Below are positions 1-12,893 of a stretch of 64,000 nt of DNA, piece after piece. The stretch is taken from assembly GCA_030390025.1 (NCBI GenBank), contig CM059433.1, forward strand, positions 13,766,001 through 13,830,000, given 5' to 3'. The DNA is from Squalus acanthias. Its lineage: Eukaryota. The position numbers and the translations under genes were made by a program. Position 1 is the stretch's first letter. Each line of letters opens with the position of its first letter. The notes beneath the pieces were generated by a model, which was given only the letters and a program-made list of their open reading frames with translations, did not search any database and was not told the origin of the DNA.

Positions 1-184
1 TTAGGGGGAATTAAATACGTGGGGTTACGGGGGTAGGGTGGGATATGTGTACTGTGGGGATTAAAGCAGCGGACAGGGTACTGGATTTGGATGATCAGCC
101 ATGATCGTATTGAATGGCGGAGCAGGTTCGACGGGCCGAATGGCCTACTCCTGCTCCTAGATTCTATGTTTCTATGTTTCTATG
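1..184 (+). mobile_element. HE1-type SINE, 3' part (cut by window edge)
   Basis: Close reverse complement of 62656-62830; HER1/CR1-type tail gatcagccatgat...ctcctgctcct followed by (ctatgttt)n. Confidence 0.85.
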
Positions 185-1615
185 GAAGAGGAAGGGGATA
201 AGGATAGATCCTTGGGAGCTCCCAAAGTAAAGATTCAGCAGTGGGAAGAGAAGCCATTGATAGAGATGCTCTGGCTATGATTGGTCAGAGCAGAACCAAG
301 CGAGGGCAGTCGCTCAGAGCTGGACAACAGAAGAGAATCAATGGAGGAGAATGATGTGAAAGACTAAAGCGTCGTTGAGGACAAAAGAAAGACTTGCATT
401 TATATAGTGCCTTTCGCGACCACCAGACGTCCCAAAGCGACTGACAGTCAATGAAGTACTTTTTGAAGTATAGTCACTCTTGACAAGGAGGAAGAATGCA
501 CCGCAGTCACAGAGGGGGGGAATTCTAACCTAAAAAAACAGGTGGGTTGGGGACGTGGGGGTAGTTAAATTGTTAAAATTCGAATTCCCGACCTCAACCT
601 GCCTCCAACCCGCCCACTTCCAAATTCAACGGAGGAGGGACGGGGCTGGGGGGTGGGGGGTGTGGGGGGGGCGGGGTGCGGGGGCGGACTGCCGACCCAC
701 TGCCAGCAGGCAGGAAGCCAATTTAAATATTATAATGAGGCTGGAAGCCTCTTTTTTATCCTTCAGTTCGTCTCTAACTTTATCTGGACGGGTTTTACAC
801 ACTTCATAAAACCCGACAGTTACAGCAAGGCGAGGACTGGTGAATCCAGGAGGTAAGTGTCTTTCCACCTATCTCCTGGATACAGCGTCCCTGCCTAGCT
901 CACCCCCCGCGATCGGAGACACCCTCACGAGGCCTCTGCTCGCCTTCCCAGACCTCCCCCTCCACGATCATCCTGAGGCCGGCCACGAACCTCTGGTGGC
1001 GGGCTCCGAAGTGTTCTTCCCTCCCTCCCCCATCTCCACCCCGTCCCTGATCTTTTCTTCTTCCCTCACCACCCCCTCCAGGTACCACAACGTCCCGATC
1101 TCTCCCCCCTGCCCCTGGGTCCCACGATGTCACCGATCTTCTCTTCTCTCCCCCACCCCACCCCCTCCGGAGGCCAACACCGGCCCCCACTCCATACCTC
1201 CTCCCTCCTCTGTGCGGCCTAGTGCCGTAGGCCTACCCACCTGCAGCCAGCCAGCCTCTACATCTGGTTGGCTGCGGGTGGGAAACAGAAGCTTCAGATG
1301 CAAATCAGGCCCTGCCGTTAAAGTCGACAGGGCCCGCGGGAAACCCGTTCTCCCGGGTTTCCCGTCTGCATCGGAGGCCCCCCCACCCCTCACCACCAAC
1401 CCGCCTTCCCCATAAAAATCCAGGCCAGAGAATGCCATTGATGACTTTGGTTGGGGCTATTCCGGTGCTATGGGAGTGGCGAACACTGATCGGATACATT
1501 CAAACTGGGAGTTACGGAGGAAATGGGCATGGATCTGTGAGGTGACAACACTCAAGTACTTTGGAGAAGAAAGGGAAGTTAAGATGGGATCATAGTTCAC
1601 AAGGACAGAGAGGTC
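185..1615 (-). mobile_element. Decayed L2 LINE RT fragment, split by a SINE tail and a MITE
   Basis: Minus-strand peptides DLSVLVNY-PI...VVTSQIHAHFLRNS and HSHSTGIAPTKVINGIL resemble L2 RT (NYRPIS...HSTETALIKVTNDIL). The sequence resumes across the inserts at about 385-480 and 514-1426. Confidence 0.7.
514..1426. mobile_element. Non-autonomous PIF/Harbinger-like element
   Basis: Degenerate GGGGG..AATT / AAAATCCAGGCC ends; 3-bp TSD AGA; removing it restores the L2 sequence. Confidence 0.65.
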
Positions 1616-2644
1616 TGTTGTGATGATAAATTTGATCAGATTCACTACTTCACAGATCTATTTTTTTCTTCAGAGAAAAATTGTAACATTCGAATTTCTA
1701 TCTTGCATGGGTAATACATTTTTCCTACTTGCCCACTGACTTAGTAATCAGCAGATTTCTCAATATAATTAAGTCCCAGATGAACCTTTTCCTCTGATCT
1801 ATTAGTAGTGTCAATGTTTTGAAAACCTGTATTCTCAAGAATATAAACTGCCTGAGATAATTTTTATTGGTAAATCTAGTCACAATGAGGTAAGTAAGAA
1901 GCATTAGAAGGCAAAATATTGCTCCCTGTAGTCGAATGTTACAAGCTGAATTTCTCCACATGGTTTCGACAAGTTGGCAAAGGATTTTGTTTCTGAACAA
2001 GCTATTAAAATTTGATCAATTTTAAAATATAGTTAAATCCTAGGGACAGAAAACAAATGGAATAGGGCAATTATCTTTTCACCTTTTCGCCTCATTTAAC
2101 TTTCAGTCCTGCCGGTCTGAAAAAACACCTCTCCCTGCTGGTTTTAAGGATGTTAAGTGAAATGTTTGGACAGTTTCTAACAGGACTGAGTACAATGTAA
2201 AACTGCCCAGAAGCTGGTACTAATCGAACAATCTCACTCAGAGGCCACAAAGCTAGTTGGTGTGGGAAATAGAAATGGCATGCTGATTTATTAATGGGTG
2301 CTCTTCCAAGATTGGGGTTAAGGCACAGAGTAATGGAAACTTTATCCTACCGAATCTGTGCTAAGCCTGATCTCAGAAGTGCTAACAGTGGCTGCAAAAA
2401 GTAGAAAAATGCTCCAGTTCACAGCACCAGCACGTACACAAAGTTAATTTCCTGTGCATCATCTAACTTACTTAATCCTCAAACCCATAGAAGTATCCTT
2501 TTCTGTACAAATATAACATTTCACTTCTTTAGCATTATTTTTATGTTTCTTATGGGAGTGTCAAAGGCACACCAATTGTGCGGAGCTTCTGTTTTGTATT
2601 GTGGAGTTATAGCATTTGGGGACTTAAGTGAAACTACACAAAAT

Positions 2645-3514
2645 GGCCCGGATTTTGCTGTAATGATAACGGCGAGGCTATTAGCGCTCGCCGTTAAAAC
2701 AGGGTAAATCTGACAGTAACCTCTGGCGTCCGCATGTGCATAGTTAAACACGGAAATCCGGAAGTTGCTATCAGAGATAACCTGCTCCTCCACAGGGTGC
2801 GCTGTTGCAGTCCTCGCCCATAGACTCGGCACTGAAATCACTGTAACGGCATGAACTTGGGGTAATTACATAGGATATACAGCACAGAAACAGGCCATTA
2901 GGCCCAACCAGTCCATGCCGGCATTTATGCTCCACTCGAGCTTCCTCCCGTCTTTCCTCATCTAACTCTATCAGCATAACTAGTCCGACACGAAAGGCGG
3001 GTAAAATGCCAGTACATTCAGGAGTGAGTTTTTAATGGTGTAATAAGTGATAATTACTGCTGAACAACCTCTGTGGCCCTTAAACATTAATTTTACAAGT
3101 GTGGAGTCTCATTCCCTCAGAAGAAAATTAATGTTGCAGAAAAATTAAAATAATTTTTATTATTTTTTCCATTTTTCTCTTTTATCTCTCTTCCTTAATC
3201 ACGTCTGTATGTCCCAATCTTTATTTTGCTTCCTGTCCAATGATTGAAATGTAATTTATATTTCCTTTTATTTACTTCCTGGTTTGCAGTCTGCGTGTCT
3301 CGGTGAGGATAGTTCAATCTGATTGGTTGAAGAGCCTCGCTGTTGCTAGCTGTGCTCACAAACACCACAGATCCCCTGTAGAAGGTGCCGTGCTGGATCA
3401 GATGCCAGATTAGTAGAAATCTCTGCTGACAAGCCCACCAAAGTTCTGTGGGCAACTGTACACGAGATGAACAGCGAAAGCCGTTCCTTCACCACTGAGA
3501 GGAAAATCCGGGCC
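2645..3514. mobile_element. Non-autonomous PIF/Harbinger-like element containing a CR1 tail fragment (about 2866-2980, minus)
   Basis: Perfect 12-bp TIR GGCCCGGATTTT/AAAATCCGGGCC; 3-bp TSD AAT. Confidence 0.85.
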
Positions 3515-4050
3515 AATTTCATTCAGGAACGTTAAAGCTCTGAGCCACCCTTATCAAGTGTTCGGAGCATCTGCATGATGCATATAACTGTCCTTGCTGG
3601 TGTGAATAAGCAATGATTTCTTTCTGATAACACTGAAAGCTATCTACAACTCAAAATTGGATTCTGGGAATACACACTAGCTGATTACAGGGACATGTCT
3701 ACACGTTTCAAGTTTCCTTTTATAAGAAATTTCTAGCCAATCTGGTTTGGTTGATTGACACCTGTCCAAATGCACATATTCGTTAAAAAGTGGAGCACGT
3801 GCACAGCACGATAAAATATCTATTTGTGCATATGCAATTATTTATTACGTCATGGGACCATCATGGATTTTAACCAGCAACAGTACATGACAACAAAACT
3901 TTTTAATTTTAGTTCAATTTATTCCAGAGATGGGCAAATGGTTTTCAGATAATTTTCAGGCTGTATTTGCTGAGCTTTCTGTGACCGAATATTAATCGTA
4001 AGATCTTGAATCTATAGCTGTCCACTTTGTGGTCAAATGATGAACATTTA

Positions 4051-4599
4051 CACCATCTACAAGGCACAAGTAAGGAGTGTGTTGGAATACTCTCCACTTG
4101 CCTGGACGAGTGCAACTCCAACAACACTCAAGAAGCTCGACACCATCCAGGACAAAGCAACCCGCTTGATTGGCACCCCATCCACCACCTTAAACATTCA
4201 CTCCCTCCACCACCAGCGCACCGTGGCTGCAGTGTGTACCATCTACAAGATGCACTGCAGCAACTCGCCAAGGCTTCTTCAACAGCACCTCCCAAACCCG
4301 CGACCTCTTCCACCTAGAAGGACAAGGGCAGCAGGCGCATGGGAACACCAACACCTCCAAGTTCCCCTCCAAGTCACACACCATCCTGACTTAGAAGTAT
4401 ATAGCCGTTCCTTCATCGTCGCTGGGTCAATATCCTGGAACTCCCTGCCTAACAGCACTGTGGGAGTACCTTCACCACATGGACTGCAGCGGTTCAAGAA
4501 GGTGGCTCACCACCAGCTTCTCAAAGGCAATTAGGGATGGGCAATAAATGCTGGCCTTGCCAGCGACGCCCACATCCCATGAACGAATAAAATAAAAAA
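4051..4599 (+). mobile_element. 5'-truncated CR1 (Zenon-like) LINE 3' end
   Basis: ORF 4037-4534 nearly identical to the C-terminus of ORF 20990-22066; same 3' UTR and A-rich tail. Confidence 0.9.
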
Positions 4600-5129
4600 T
4601 ATGCGAGTCTCTAGCAGTATAACGGTGAGTATTCATCTCACCTTCTGAAGGCTCTACCTCATGTCAGTGCCCTGTATAAATATGAACCTTTAATTCAGCT
4701 CAGGATTCTCCAAATCTGAATTCAAATTCACAGTGCATCTGATCATACATTCGTATTTTTGTAAATTATCTCCTGTTAAAAATTATTATAATAAAGGTAT
4801 TATTCAACTGCCCTGATCAGCTTGGAAATCTCCCATTTTGGCATGAAACTGGTAAAATTACATATTATGGGTTTTAAGATAATTTTGAAAATGCAAAATG
4901 TTGCTGTGCAATTGAAATCGCATATTAAATATCTAGGCTCCTACATGAGCTTGCCACCAACTCCTTAAACAATCAGAGTATTAGAGAGTCATTGACTACC
5001 TTGAATATATATTAATGCAAAAATGAATGCGGGACTATGGTATTGAGATAGAGGATCAGCCATGATCATATTGAATGGCGGAGCAGGCTCGAAGGGCCGA
5101 ATGGCTGACTCCTGCTCCTATGTTTCTAT

Positions 5130-6021
5130 GGGGGAAAAATTCAGTTGGTTGCGCCTCCCGTTAGCGCCTTAAGAGGGCGCTAATGGGGCGCAAAGCATCT
5201 AGCGCCCAGGCGCGGCGAAGTTTGCGCCGCTCGCGAAATTAACTAGACATTTTGCGGCGGCGCTAAACACTACCGCCACGATCTCCTGCGCCGGCAGATC
5301 GTGACGTCAGTCGAGTGCGCAACGCCCCGGTAACGCCGCGGAGCGGAAATTGAGTGGCGCCCCCTGCCTTACCGCCTGACGCTAGCAACGACAGGTTGAG
5401 GGGAGCATTCTGCAGTCATGAAGGGAAAGGGGGAGCGCTATTTAAAGGTGACCGCTTCCTGCCTTTTATTGTTGGTGCCATTTTTGAACTACGCATTCTG
5501 AGAGAGAGAGAGAGAGACTTCTGGAGAGATTCAACGTTGTGTGAAGGAGTTTTGGGTACTGAGCAGCACTTTGCAGGTTCATTTTGATCTGCCATTCCTT
5601 GTATCAATTTAGAAGAGTCTGTGGGGGCTGCACTCTGAGCTCTTTGCCTGCTACTCTCCATTGTTCTTTCCAGCAGATTTGATGTGCAGGTCTCTCCAGG
5701 CCGAGATTCAAGGCTGCAATGAGCAGGATGTGGATGGAAAGCAAGATTAACCATCCCCTTTAAGAACTGGCCCGGGCCATTGTGTGTGTGTTCCATTGCT
5801 GACTGACATCACATGAGCTTCGCCAGCGCTCTGAGGTAGCGCCTCGCTCCTCAGCCTTTGCGCCTTAAGACAGGTGTGAAGCACCTGATTTAGCGCTCCA
5901 ATCACCTCCAGGGGCGATAAAAGTCAAGTTTGCAGTCGGTGGCGATAATTAGCGCCAGGCGCTAATCTTTGCGCCCGGCTGATAATTGCCCCCAAATGGG
6001 GCGATACTGAATTTCTCCCCC
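5130..6021. mobile_element. Harbinger-like MITE (GGGGGA-AAATT family) inserted in a HER1/CR1 microsatellite tail
   Basis: TIR GGGGGAAAAATTCAGT / ACTGAATTTCTCCCCC; TSD TAT at 5127-5129 and 6022-6024; subterminal AGCGCC motifs. Confidence 0.85.
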
Positions 6022-6144
6022 TATGTTTCTATGTTATTGAGCATAATGAGGTAGAAGTTCTTGTGATGTGATCAGTAAAAATCAATTAAACACCAATTAG
6101 CTAGTTAGCTATTAATCACAATAGCTCATGGATTTAATCATTAT

Positions 6145-6901
6145 GGCCTGGTGTTTCCGCTTTGGGCACAAATTGGCAGTTTTTTTCTCAAGTTTCTGCT
6201 CAAACTCATCTGCATATCGACGGAAGTAAAATCGGCCATGAACCAACAATCGGGTAACGTTTTAGAAAGTAATTTTGCATTAAAAATTATTCCTTTTTTT
6301 TCCAGTCGTTCATGGGACGTGGGCATCAGCATTTATTGTCCATCCCTAATTGCCCTTGAGAAGGTGGTGGTGAGCCACCATTTCAGAGGGCAGTTAAGAG
6401 TCAACCACATTGCTGTGGGTCTGGAGTCGCATATAGGCCAGACCGGGTAAGGACGGCAGATTTCCTTCCCTAAAGGACCAGATGGGTTTTTAACGACAAA
6501 TCCGATAGTTTCATGGTCACCGTTACTGATGCTAGCTTTTTAATTCCAGATTTTTTTTTTAATTAACTGAATTTAAATTCCCCCAGGATTTGAACTCACA
6601 TCTCCGGATCATTAGTCCAGGCCTCTGGATTACTCATCCAGTAACATAACCACTATGCAAACGGTTGCAATTAGCGGAAACTCGCCATGGTGATTAATTC
6701 GATCTGGGGGGGACGTGGACAGTTTCGTGGGCGGGGCCGGCTTCTAGCGTGATGTTTTTAAACTAGCGCAAAAGATCGCGGAAACTCGAGTTGCACTGAA
6801 GCAATTTGCGCTTGAAATTCCGCGATCTTTGGCCCAGATTTGGCTGATTTTGTGCGAAGTGCGCTGAAAAGCACTGCTCAACCTAGTGGAAACTCCAAGC
6901 C
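6145..6901. mobile_element. Harbinger-like MITE with a nested SINE
   Basis: TIR GGCCTGGTGTTTCCGC versus reverse complement GGCTTGGAGTTTCCAC; flanks TAT/TAC. Confidence 0.7.
6294..6660 (-). mobile_element. tRNA-headed SINE with CR1-Zenon-like 3' tail
   Basis: Reverse complement matches the SINE at 31055-31478 from head to A tail. Confidence 0.85.
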
Positions 6902-7899
6902 TACATTTCAGTTCATTTGGGATTCAGAGAAGTATAAAATATTACAAGTGTAAGGCAATGATACTTCAACTGATCAGAAGGACCAAGTGTACTGATGGCA
7001 TTTTTTGAAGAAAATACAAGGTACCAAAGTTTAGAACCGCACGTCCTTAAGTTATATTTTTATCACATTCACCCGAAATTCCTCTTTCCATTATTCTAGC
7101 GTAGGCCCAACCCATTTATTTTAAGTAGGTTTACCCCTCCATTAAAGTAACAGAGAGAAGAATTTCCGACAAAGACATTTAAGTGTTGATCCACTTCATG
7201 TCCCACAATGTAATTCAGGGCTGTAAATGCGATCTTTGCCTTTTGTGAAGACTTGTCCCACGAGTGATCAAAAACTGAGGAAAGTTTCTCACAATGTGCC
7301 GTGAGTTTCCATCGGCTGATTCATTTGATGAGTGCAGAGCCCAGGTGAGGGGTCTGCAGCTTGATTCACAACTAGTTTTCTCAGTGATAGTAATCCCATG
7401 TGAGACACGGCCTGGGAACTTCCCCGGAGCTCTTCCCGCTATGCCGCCGTAACTTCGCCAGCGATGCGGCGGAAACCCCATTTACACGCCTAAACCAGGT
7501 TCCGTCGCACTTCCAGCAAAGTTCCTGCGATGGAGCACGAGCAACTCCGAGAAAATTCCTGGACTCAATTTCTTATGTTAATAATAGCCACAGCAATGGG
7601 TTTCAAAATACTGCTCCAGTTAACTGATCATGGAACAGGAATTGGGGAAAAAAAACCTACACAGAACGTATCAAACCTGGACATTTACTTTCCACCAAAA
7701 ATCTGGGCACTGTTTAGTCACAAAATTGGAAGAAAGAAGAATAATAACCCAAGTGTACTTCCATTGTGATTTAACTTAAAAAAAGAAGCCTGTTGTTATA
7801 AATTAAACTATTCCAGAACAACGCAGCATCTATTGCATGGAGATCAGGACAGGCACCATGTTGGTGAGTACCTTATCAAAATGATTTTTAATAGATTAC

Positions 7900-8616
7900 G
7901 GGGGAAAAATTGGGTTGCTTTGCCTCCGGGGGGGGGTGGGGCGCTAACAGGGCGCAAAGCCCCTAGCGCCGGGGCGCGACACCGCTAACGCCTCCTGCGA
8001 AATTCAGTGGGAGGTTAGCGGTGGTGGTAGCCGGTAGCGCCTCGTGGTGCTGCGCCCCCAGCGATGATATCATCACCGTGCGCTGCGCCCCGCTCGCGCC
8101 CCGGCTGCAAACTTTGGCTGCGCCCCCTGACCTATCGCCGGACGATATGTCCGACAGGGTCAGGGTGACGTTTTTGCAGCCGCGGCGGCGCTACTTAAAG
8201 GGCAGGTGTCGGGTGGCCATTTTTTTTCCTGGTCGCCTGCCAGCACCTGCCCCCTTCCCTTCTTTCCTTTTGGGGTGCCGGCCGCGATCGCTCAGCCCGG
8301 CATTCGGGCTGTTTTCACGGCACCCCCTCTCCCCGGAGGTCCAGCAGGGCCCCTGTGCGCGCCGCACTAGGCCCCTCCCCTTTAATCAGGGGTGGGAGGC
8401 CTGCAATACCGCAGCGCTACGTGCCGATGAGCATGGCGCTGTTGCACGTAGCGCCGCGATATTCAGTGGTAGCGCCCCAGGAAGGAGGGGGGAGCGCTTC
8501 CAGTAGCATCCTGCCACAGAATTTTCGGTGCAGGGGCGCTAACTTTTTCAGGGTGCTAAAAGTAGCGCCCGGGCGAAATTAGCGCCCCAAAGGGGGCGTC
8601 ACCGAATTTTTCCCCC
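7900..8616. mobile_element. Harbinger-like MITE (GGGGGA-AAATT family)
   Basis: GGGGGAAAAATT / AATTTTTCCCCC ends; TSD TAC; reverse-complement homologue of 49579-50114 and 51276-52007. Confidence 0.85.
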
Positions 8617-9222
8617 TACAATTCCCCTTTAGCCACAATATCCCGATATTGATTATTTATAGAAATGATAATTTTCACTGATGTGATTCTGTTTTGAGTA
8701 AGATATAGCCTAACAACTCTTGCATCCTTAATGTAATTTACTTGAGTAAATGTTAACAAGAAGAAATGGCCCAAGATTCTGGGAGCCGGGAAGGGTGGGA
8801 ATAGGGCAGATTTTGGGATGGAACTCGGATCCTGTGCACCAAGTGTGTCAAATTCTGGTCGGGGGGAGGGAGCACGCGATCTTCTGCCTACCCTGCCCCC
8901 GTGTTAAAGGAAGTTTGTGGGCAATCTGTCAATTGATCATTAATGAATGGATTAATGTCAGACGAAGGACGGTCCTTTGGCTATTTTGTGCTTTAAGGTG
9001 AGGGACGTCAGTGCTGCAAAGTGGAAACCCTGGCCCATTGTAGGCACCTATGTCAGCACTAGTCATTACTAGCACATAACCCTATTCATGTTTACTTTAA
9101 ATCAGTGGCTGCCTAGCTTGCCAATTCTTAATCAACAGATGAAACTCAACCTACAGCAATCTATGCCTTCATTAGCATAAAGAAAATAAACATGAGTATA
9201 TGTCAATCAGCCAATTCACTAC

Positions 9223-10083
9223 ATTAAATATTGGGAAGACCGAAGTCATTGTTTTCGGTCCCCGCCACAAACTCCGTTCCCTAGCCATTGATTCCATCCC
9301 TCTCCCCAACATCTGTCTGAGGTTGAACCACACTGTTCGCAACCTTGGTGTCACATTTGACCCTGAAATGAGCTTCTGACCATATATCCACGGCATAACA
9401 AAGACCGCCTATTTTCACCTCCGTAACATCGCCCGTCTCCGCCCTTGTCTCAGCTCATCCGCTGCTGAAACCCTCATCCATGCCTTTGTTACCTCTAGAC
9501 TTGACTATTCCAATGCACTCCTGGCTGGCCTCCCACGTTCTACCCTACGTAAACTTGAGGTCATCCAAAACTCGGCTGCCCGTATCCTAACTTGCACCAA
9601 GTCCCGTTCGCCCATCACCCCTGTGCTCGCTGACCTACACTGGCGCCTGGCTCAGCAGCGCCTCGATTTCAAAATTCTCATCCTTGTTTTCAAATCCCTC
9701 CATGGCCCTCGCCCCTCCCTATCTCTGTAATTTCCTTCAGCCCCACAACCCCCCGAGATATCTGCGCTCCTCTAATTCTGCCCTCTTGAGCATCCCTGAT
9801 TATAATCGCTCAACCATTGGTGGCCGTGCCTTCTGTTGCCTAGGCCCTAAGCTCTGGAATTCCCTCCCTAAACCTCTCCGCCTCGCTACCTCTCTGTCCT
9901 CCTTTAAGATGCTCCTTAAAACCTACCTCTTTAAACAAGCTTTTAGTCATCTGCCCTAATTTCTCCTTATGTGGCTCGATGTCAAATCTTTTGTCGTATA
10001 ATACTCCTGTGAAGCGCCTTGGGATGTTTTACTACGTTAAAGGCGCTATAGAAATACAAGTTGCTGTTGTTGTTGTTGTTGTT
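9223..10083 (+). mobile_element. 5'-truncated L2 LINE
   Basis: Encodes [19 protein letters not shown]...HGLAPPYL...GGRAF; tail aaggcgctata..aaatacaag(ttg)n; closely similar to 15382-16447. Confidence 0.9.
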
Positions 10084-11793
10084 TGCAAACCAGTAACACA
10101 TAATAAGCTGGGAATAATTCATTTCATGCCATTTGGAAGGTCTCAGCCTTAATAGTCTTCTTCAAGAGGTTTGCTGAGTCCAGACTCTAGTAGATTGGCT
10201 TCTGTCCAAGGGAATTGCTTCTTATACTACATACAGTAAAAGTGAAAGGTCAGAAATGTCAAGACTTTGATATATATGCACAGTACTCATGCTTCCAAAA
10301 GTTTAAATCCTGACACTTGACAGAGTTCTCTTGATCTTTTACAGCATCCTCGCATTTTTATAACTTTTACAATTTGGACTAAGATTTATTTATTTTTTAT
10401 TTTAGTAATATAGAAGAAGTTAACTGGATCTTCCAATTTGTGAATGTAATGGTTGAAGTGTTTCTACTAAATTTATATCTGCTATTTTAATAAACGTTTG
10501 ACCCTTTCCAAAACGAGGAAAGTAAATCCCATCGCGTTCTGCTGAATTTGCCAGTTCCCCTATTTCTCTTATCGAGACCTGGCGTCCACAGGTTCCTTAG
10601 CTGCACTACTACACATGAAAGAAAAATTTATGACAGAATGTCAGGAAAAATTTCTTCATGCAAAAAGTAATCAACACTTGCACTGGTCTTGCGGGTAGTG
10701 TAGGTAAGAGGAAAATCCTGTTCAAGAGACAGTTAAATAATGTGATGGTGGAAATGTATTTTTTTTTCTATTCTTGGTAGATGAGCTAAGTGGGCTGAAT
10801 GGCATCCCTTGTCTGTATTAATCTTGGGATCAATCAGTGGAGTATGGCATTGCTCAGTGCAACAACAAATCTCCTTCTAATCCAACTGGACTTTGATTAT
10901 CATTGCAGTACAGATCCAACTGCATTTCTTATTCTGGTACGGCCTTTACCAATTTTTTATGTCTTTATCAGCACCCGCCCACATATATTGTCACCCTGTT
11001 GATCAGAATGTCAAATTCATGCATGATGTAGAGTTTAGTTATTCATTGTCCCTCTGGGGCTTTCAGCAGACGACTCTCACAAAGCCTGTTGAACATGAAC
11101 TATGGCATGAACATAACTTAAAGCTAACATTTTCGCTTAGTGATTCACCATTGCATCTGGTAGAAAATGGAGTACTGACTCATAAACTCACAATAAACTA
11201 GACTCTCTACAATTGTTTATATAATTTTTTTCTGTACAAAAGAAATTGTCTGTTGCTCAAATGAAAAGCAATGTTTTTAGTAAGTAATTCCAGTTATAAC
11301 CTAATTGCAAATTTAAGAATTTCTGTGTCTAATCCAGTAAGCTTAAATTCATCATGTTCCAAAAATCAATGAGAATGAACACTTGAGCATGCTTATGAAG
11401 GAAAAGAATAATGTCAAAAACACAGCTGTTAATGAAAAGAAAGAAACCAATTCCATGAAGCAAAAGCACACACTTTGCATTCGAATATTTTGTTAGAGTG
11501 AATAATGAATTGTACAATGATATTTTGGAGTTCAGATTTTCATTATTGCAAACTGGTGTTGGGAGACTGCAGACTTCATCTGAGAAAAAAAGACAAGAAA
11601 AAACAGTGCTGCAAACACCAAGGGCAGTGTTCACTTCCTGATATTTGCTTTGCAGATATCTTTCAAACGATGTTTTAACCCTTAGTCATTTTCTATTTAA
11701 AAACACAACGGGGGTAACTTTAACTTCGAGCGATAGTGTAAAATGGTTGATATCGAATCAGCCACCCATTATACATCTCTCCCAATTTTCACT

Positions 11794-11830
11794 TCACCTG
11801 ACGAAGGAGCAGCGCTCCGAAAGCTTGTGA
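11794..11830 (+). ncRNA. Minimal type I hammerhead ribozyme motif (Penelope-associated)
   Basis: TCAC-CTGACGA-A-GGAGC agc GCTCC-GAAA-GCTT-GTGA: CUGANGA and GAAA boxes, stem II, palindromic AAGCTT stem III, stem I TCAC/GTGA. Confidence 0.7.
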
Positions 11831-11879
11831 TTTCAAATAAAGCTGTTGGGACTATAACCTGGTGTTGTGCGACTTCTCA
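11796..11879 (+). mobile_element. Penelope-like element terminal fragment
   Basis: Flanked by the 13-bp direct repeat CAATTTTCACTTC (11783-11795 and 11880-11892); homologous to 19030-19089; carries a hammerhead core. Confidence 0.8.
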
Positions 11880-12095
11880 CAATTTTCACTTCGGAAGTGA
11901 ATATTGGGAGGGATGTATAACGTGCGGTTGATTCACTATCGCCCATTTTACACTGTCGTCCAGAGTCCAAATCACTCCCGACTTGTTTGGGCTCCATTAC
12001 CCACTGTGTGCTCTGTGCCCCACAGCAGCATGGACATGAAGTGGTTATTTTATGTTAAAGAGTACAATACATTTTCCGTGGCTGCAATCTGATTC

Positions 12096-12227
12096 TCAGC
12101 TGCTGTACATGTACTTCCGTGCAACACTCTGGCTGTCTACGAACACGGGATCCACTGCTGCCACTTTAGCCGCTATGAACGAATGTATGCAGTGCAAAAC
12201 GGCCGTCAGATCAGGGAATTCCAGCTC
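12096..12227 (-). CDS. SNTG2: Gamma-2 syntrophin, last coding exon (C-terminal SU region and stop)
   Basis: Minus strand reads ttttgttgcAG|ELEFPDLTAVLHCIHSFIAAKVAAVDPVFVDSQSVARKYMYSS* (132 nt, phase 0). This matches the SNTG2 C-terminus as I recall it (ELEFQDLRAVLHCIHSFIAAKVASVDP...ARKYMYSS) and differs from SNTG1. Confidence 0.95.
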   Translation of the reverse strand, partial: ELEFPDLTAVLHCIHSFIAAKVAAVDPVFVDSQSVARKYMYSS

Positions 12228-12449
12228 CTGCAACAAAACACAAACTGCTTTATTAGGTAATAGGCACAGCTTACAATAAAACTAACATTCCCCATCCACT
12301 TAGCCATGGCAGTAGCTGCTGACTGGTAGGAATATAAATTCATAGCAGAAAAGAAGATATTAGTTTTTCTGTCATCATCAACATAATTTGGATAATTTCT
12401 ACTCCATTAGTAGAATCATCAATAATTTGGTTATTTCATGAATGAATGA

Positions 12450-12893
12450 ACTATAGTGTTTTATCAATCCTGAAGATGTGCCAAAGCACTTCACAACCAA
12501 TTAATTTTTTTTAAAGAATAATCAGTGTCATTATGTAGGGAAATTCAGCCACCAATTTGCACAGCAAGGTCCTATTGACAGCCAATGAGATGAATGACCA
12601 TTTAATCTGTTTTTGTTGCTTGAGGGAGACATGTTGGATAGAACACTAACGGAACTCCCTGCTCGCCATTGAATAGTACCATGGGATATTTTATATCAAC
12701 CTGAACTGGCAGACGGGGCCTTGGCTTAATGCCACATTGAAAGATGGGCACCTCGAATAATACAGCGCCCCCCCCCTCAGTGCTGTACTGAAGTGTCAGT
12801 CTATATTATGAGCTCAAGTCCTGGAGTAGGATTTGAATCTTCAACCTTCTGACTCAGAGGTATGAGTGCTACCAACTGAACCAGGTTGACACT
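12450..12893 (-). mobile_element. Old Deu-domain (SacSINE1-like) SINE
   Basis: Diverged match to 36336-37838 and 53456-53833, with a tRNA-like head near 12830-12890. Confidence 0.7.

Larger units (their letters stand above)
11710..11979. mobile_element. Fold-back MITE (arms about 85 bp) just downstream of the SNTG2 stop codon
   Basis: 11710-11795 is an imperfect reverse complement of 11893-11979; the centre is occupied by a Penelope fragment. Confidence 0.8.

Noticed and set aside
840..1415. 191-aa Pro-rich ORF
   Set aside because: Lies within a C-rich MITE interior; low complexity and no recognisable domain.
1743..1826. Possible minus-strand terminal exon (GFQNIDTTNRSEEK...ADY*)
   Set aside because: Weak acceptor, no recognisable homology and no partner exon.
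7817..7863. Possible 47-nt plus-strand exon (ttccAG...TTG|GTGAGT)
   Set aside because: Splice-like signals only; no identifiable protein in any frame.
10149..10226. Possible alternative phase-0 last exon of SNTG2 (YKKQFPWTEANLLESGLSKPLEEDY*)
   Set aside because: Plausible acceptor but no homology I can recognise; such short frames arise by chance. Needs RNA-seq.
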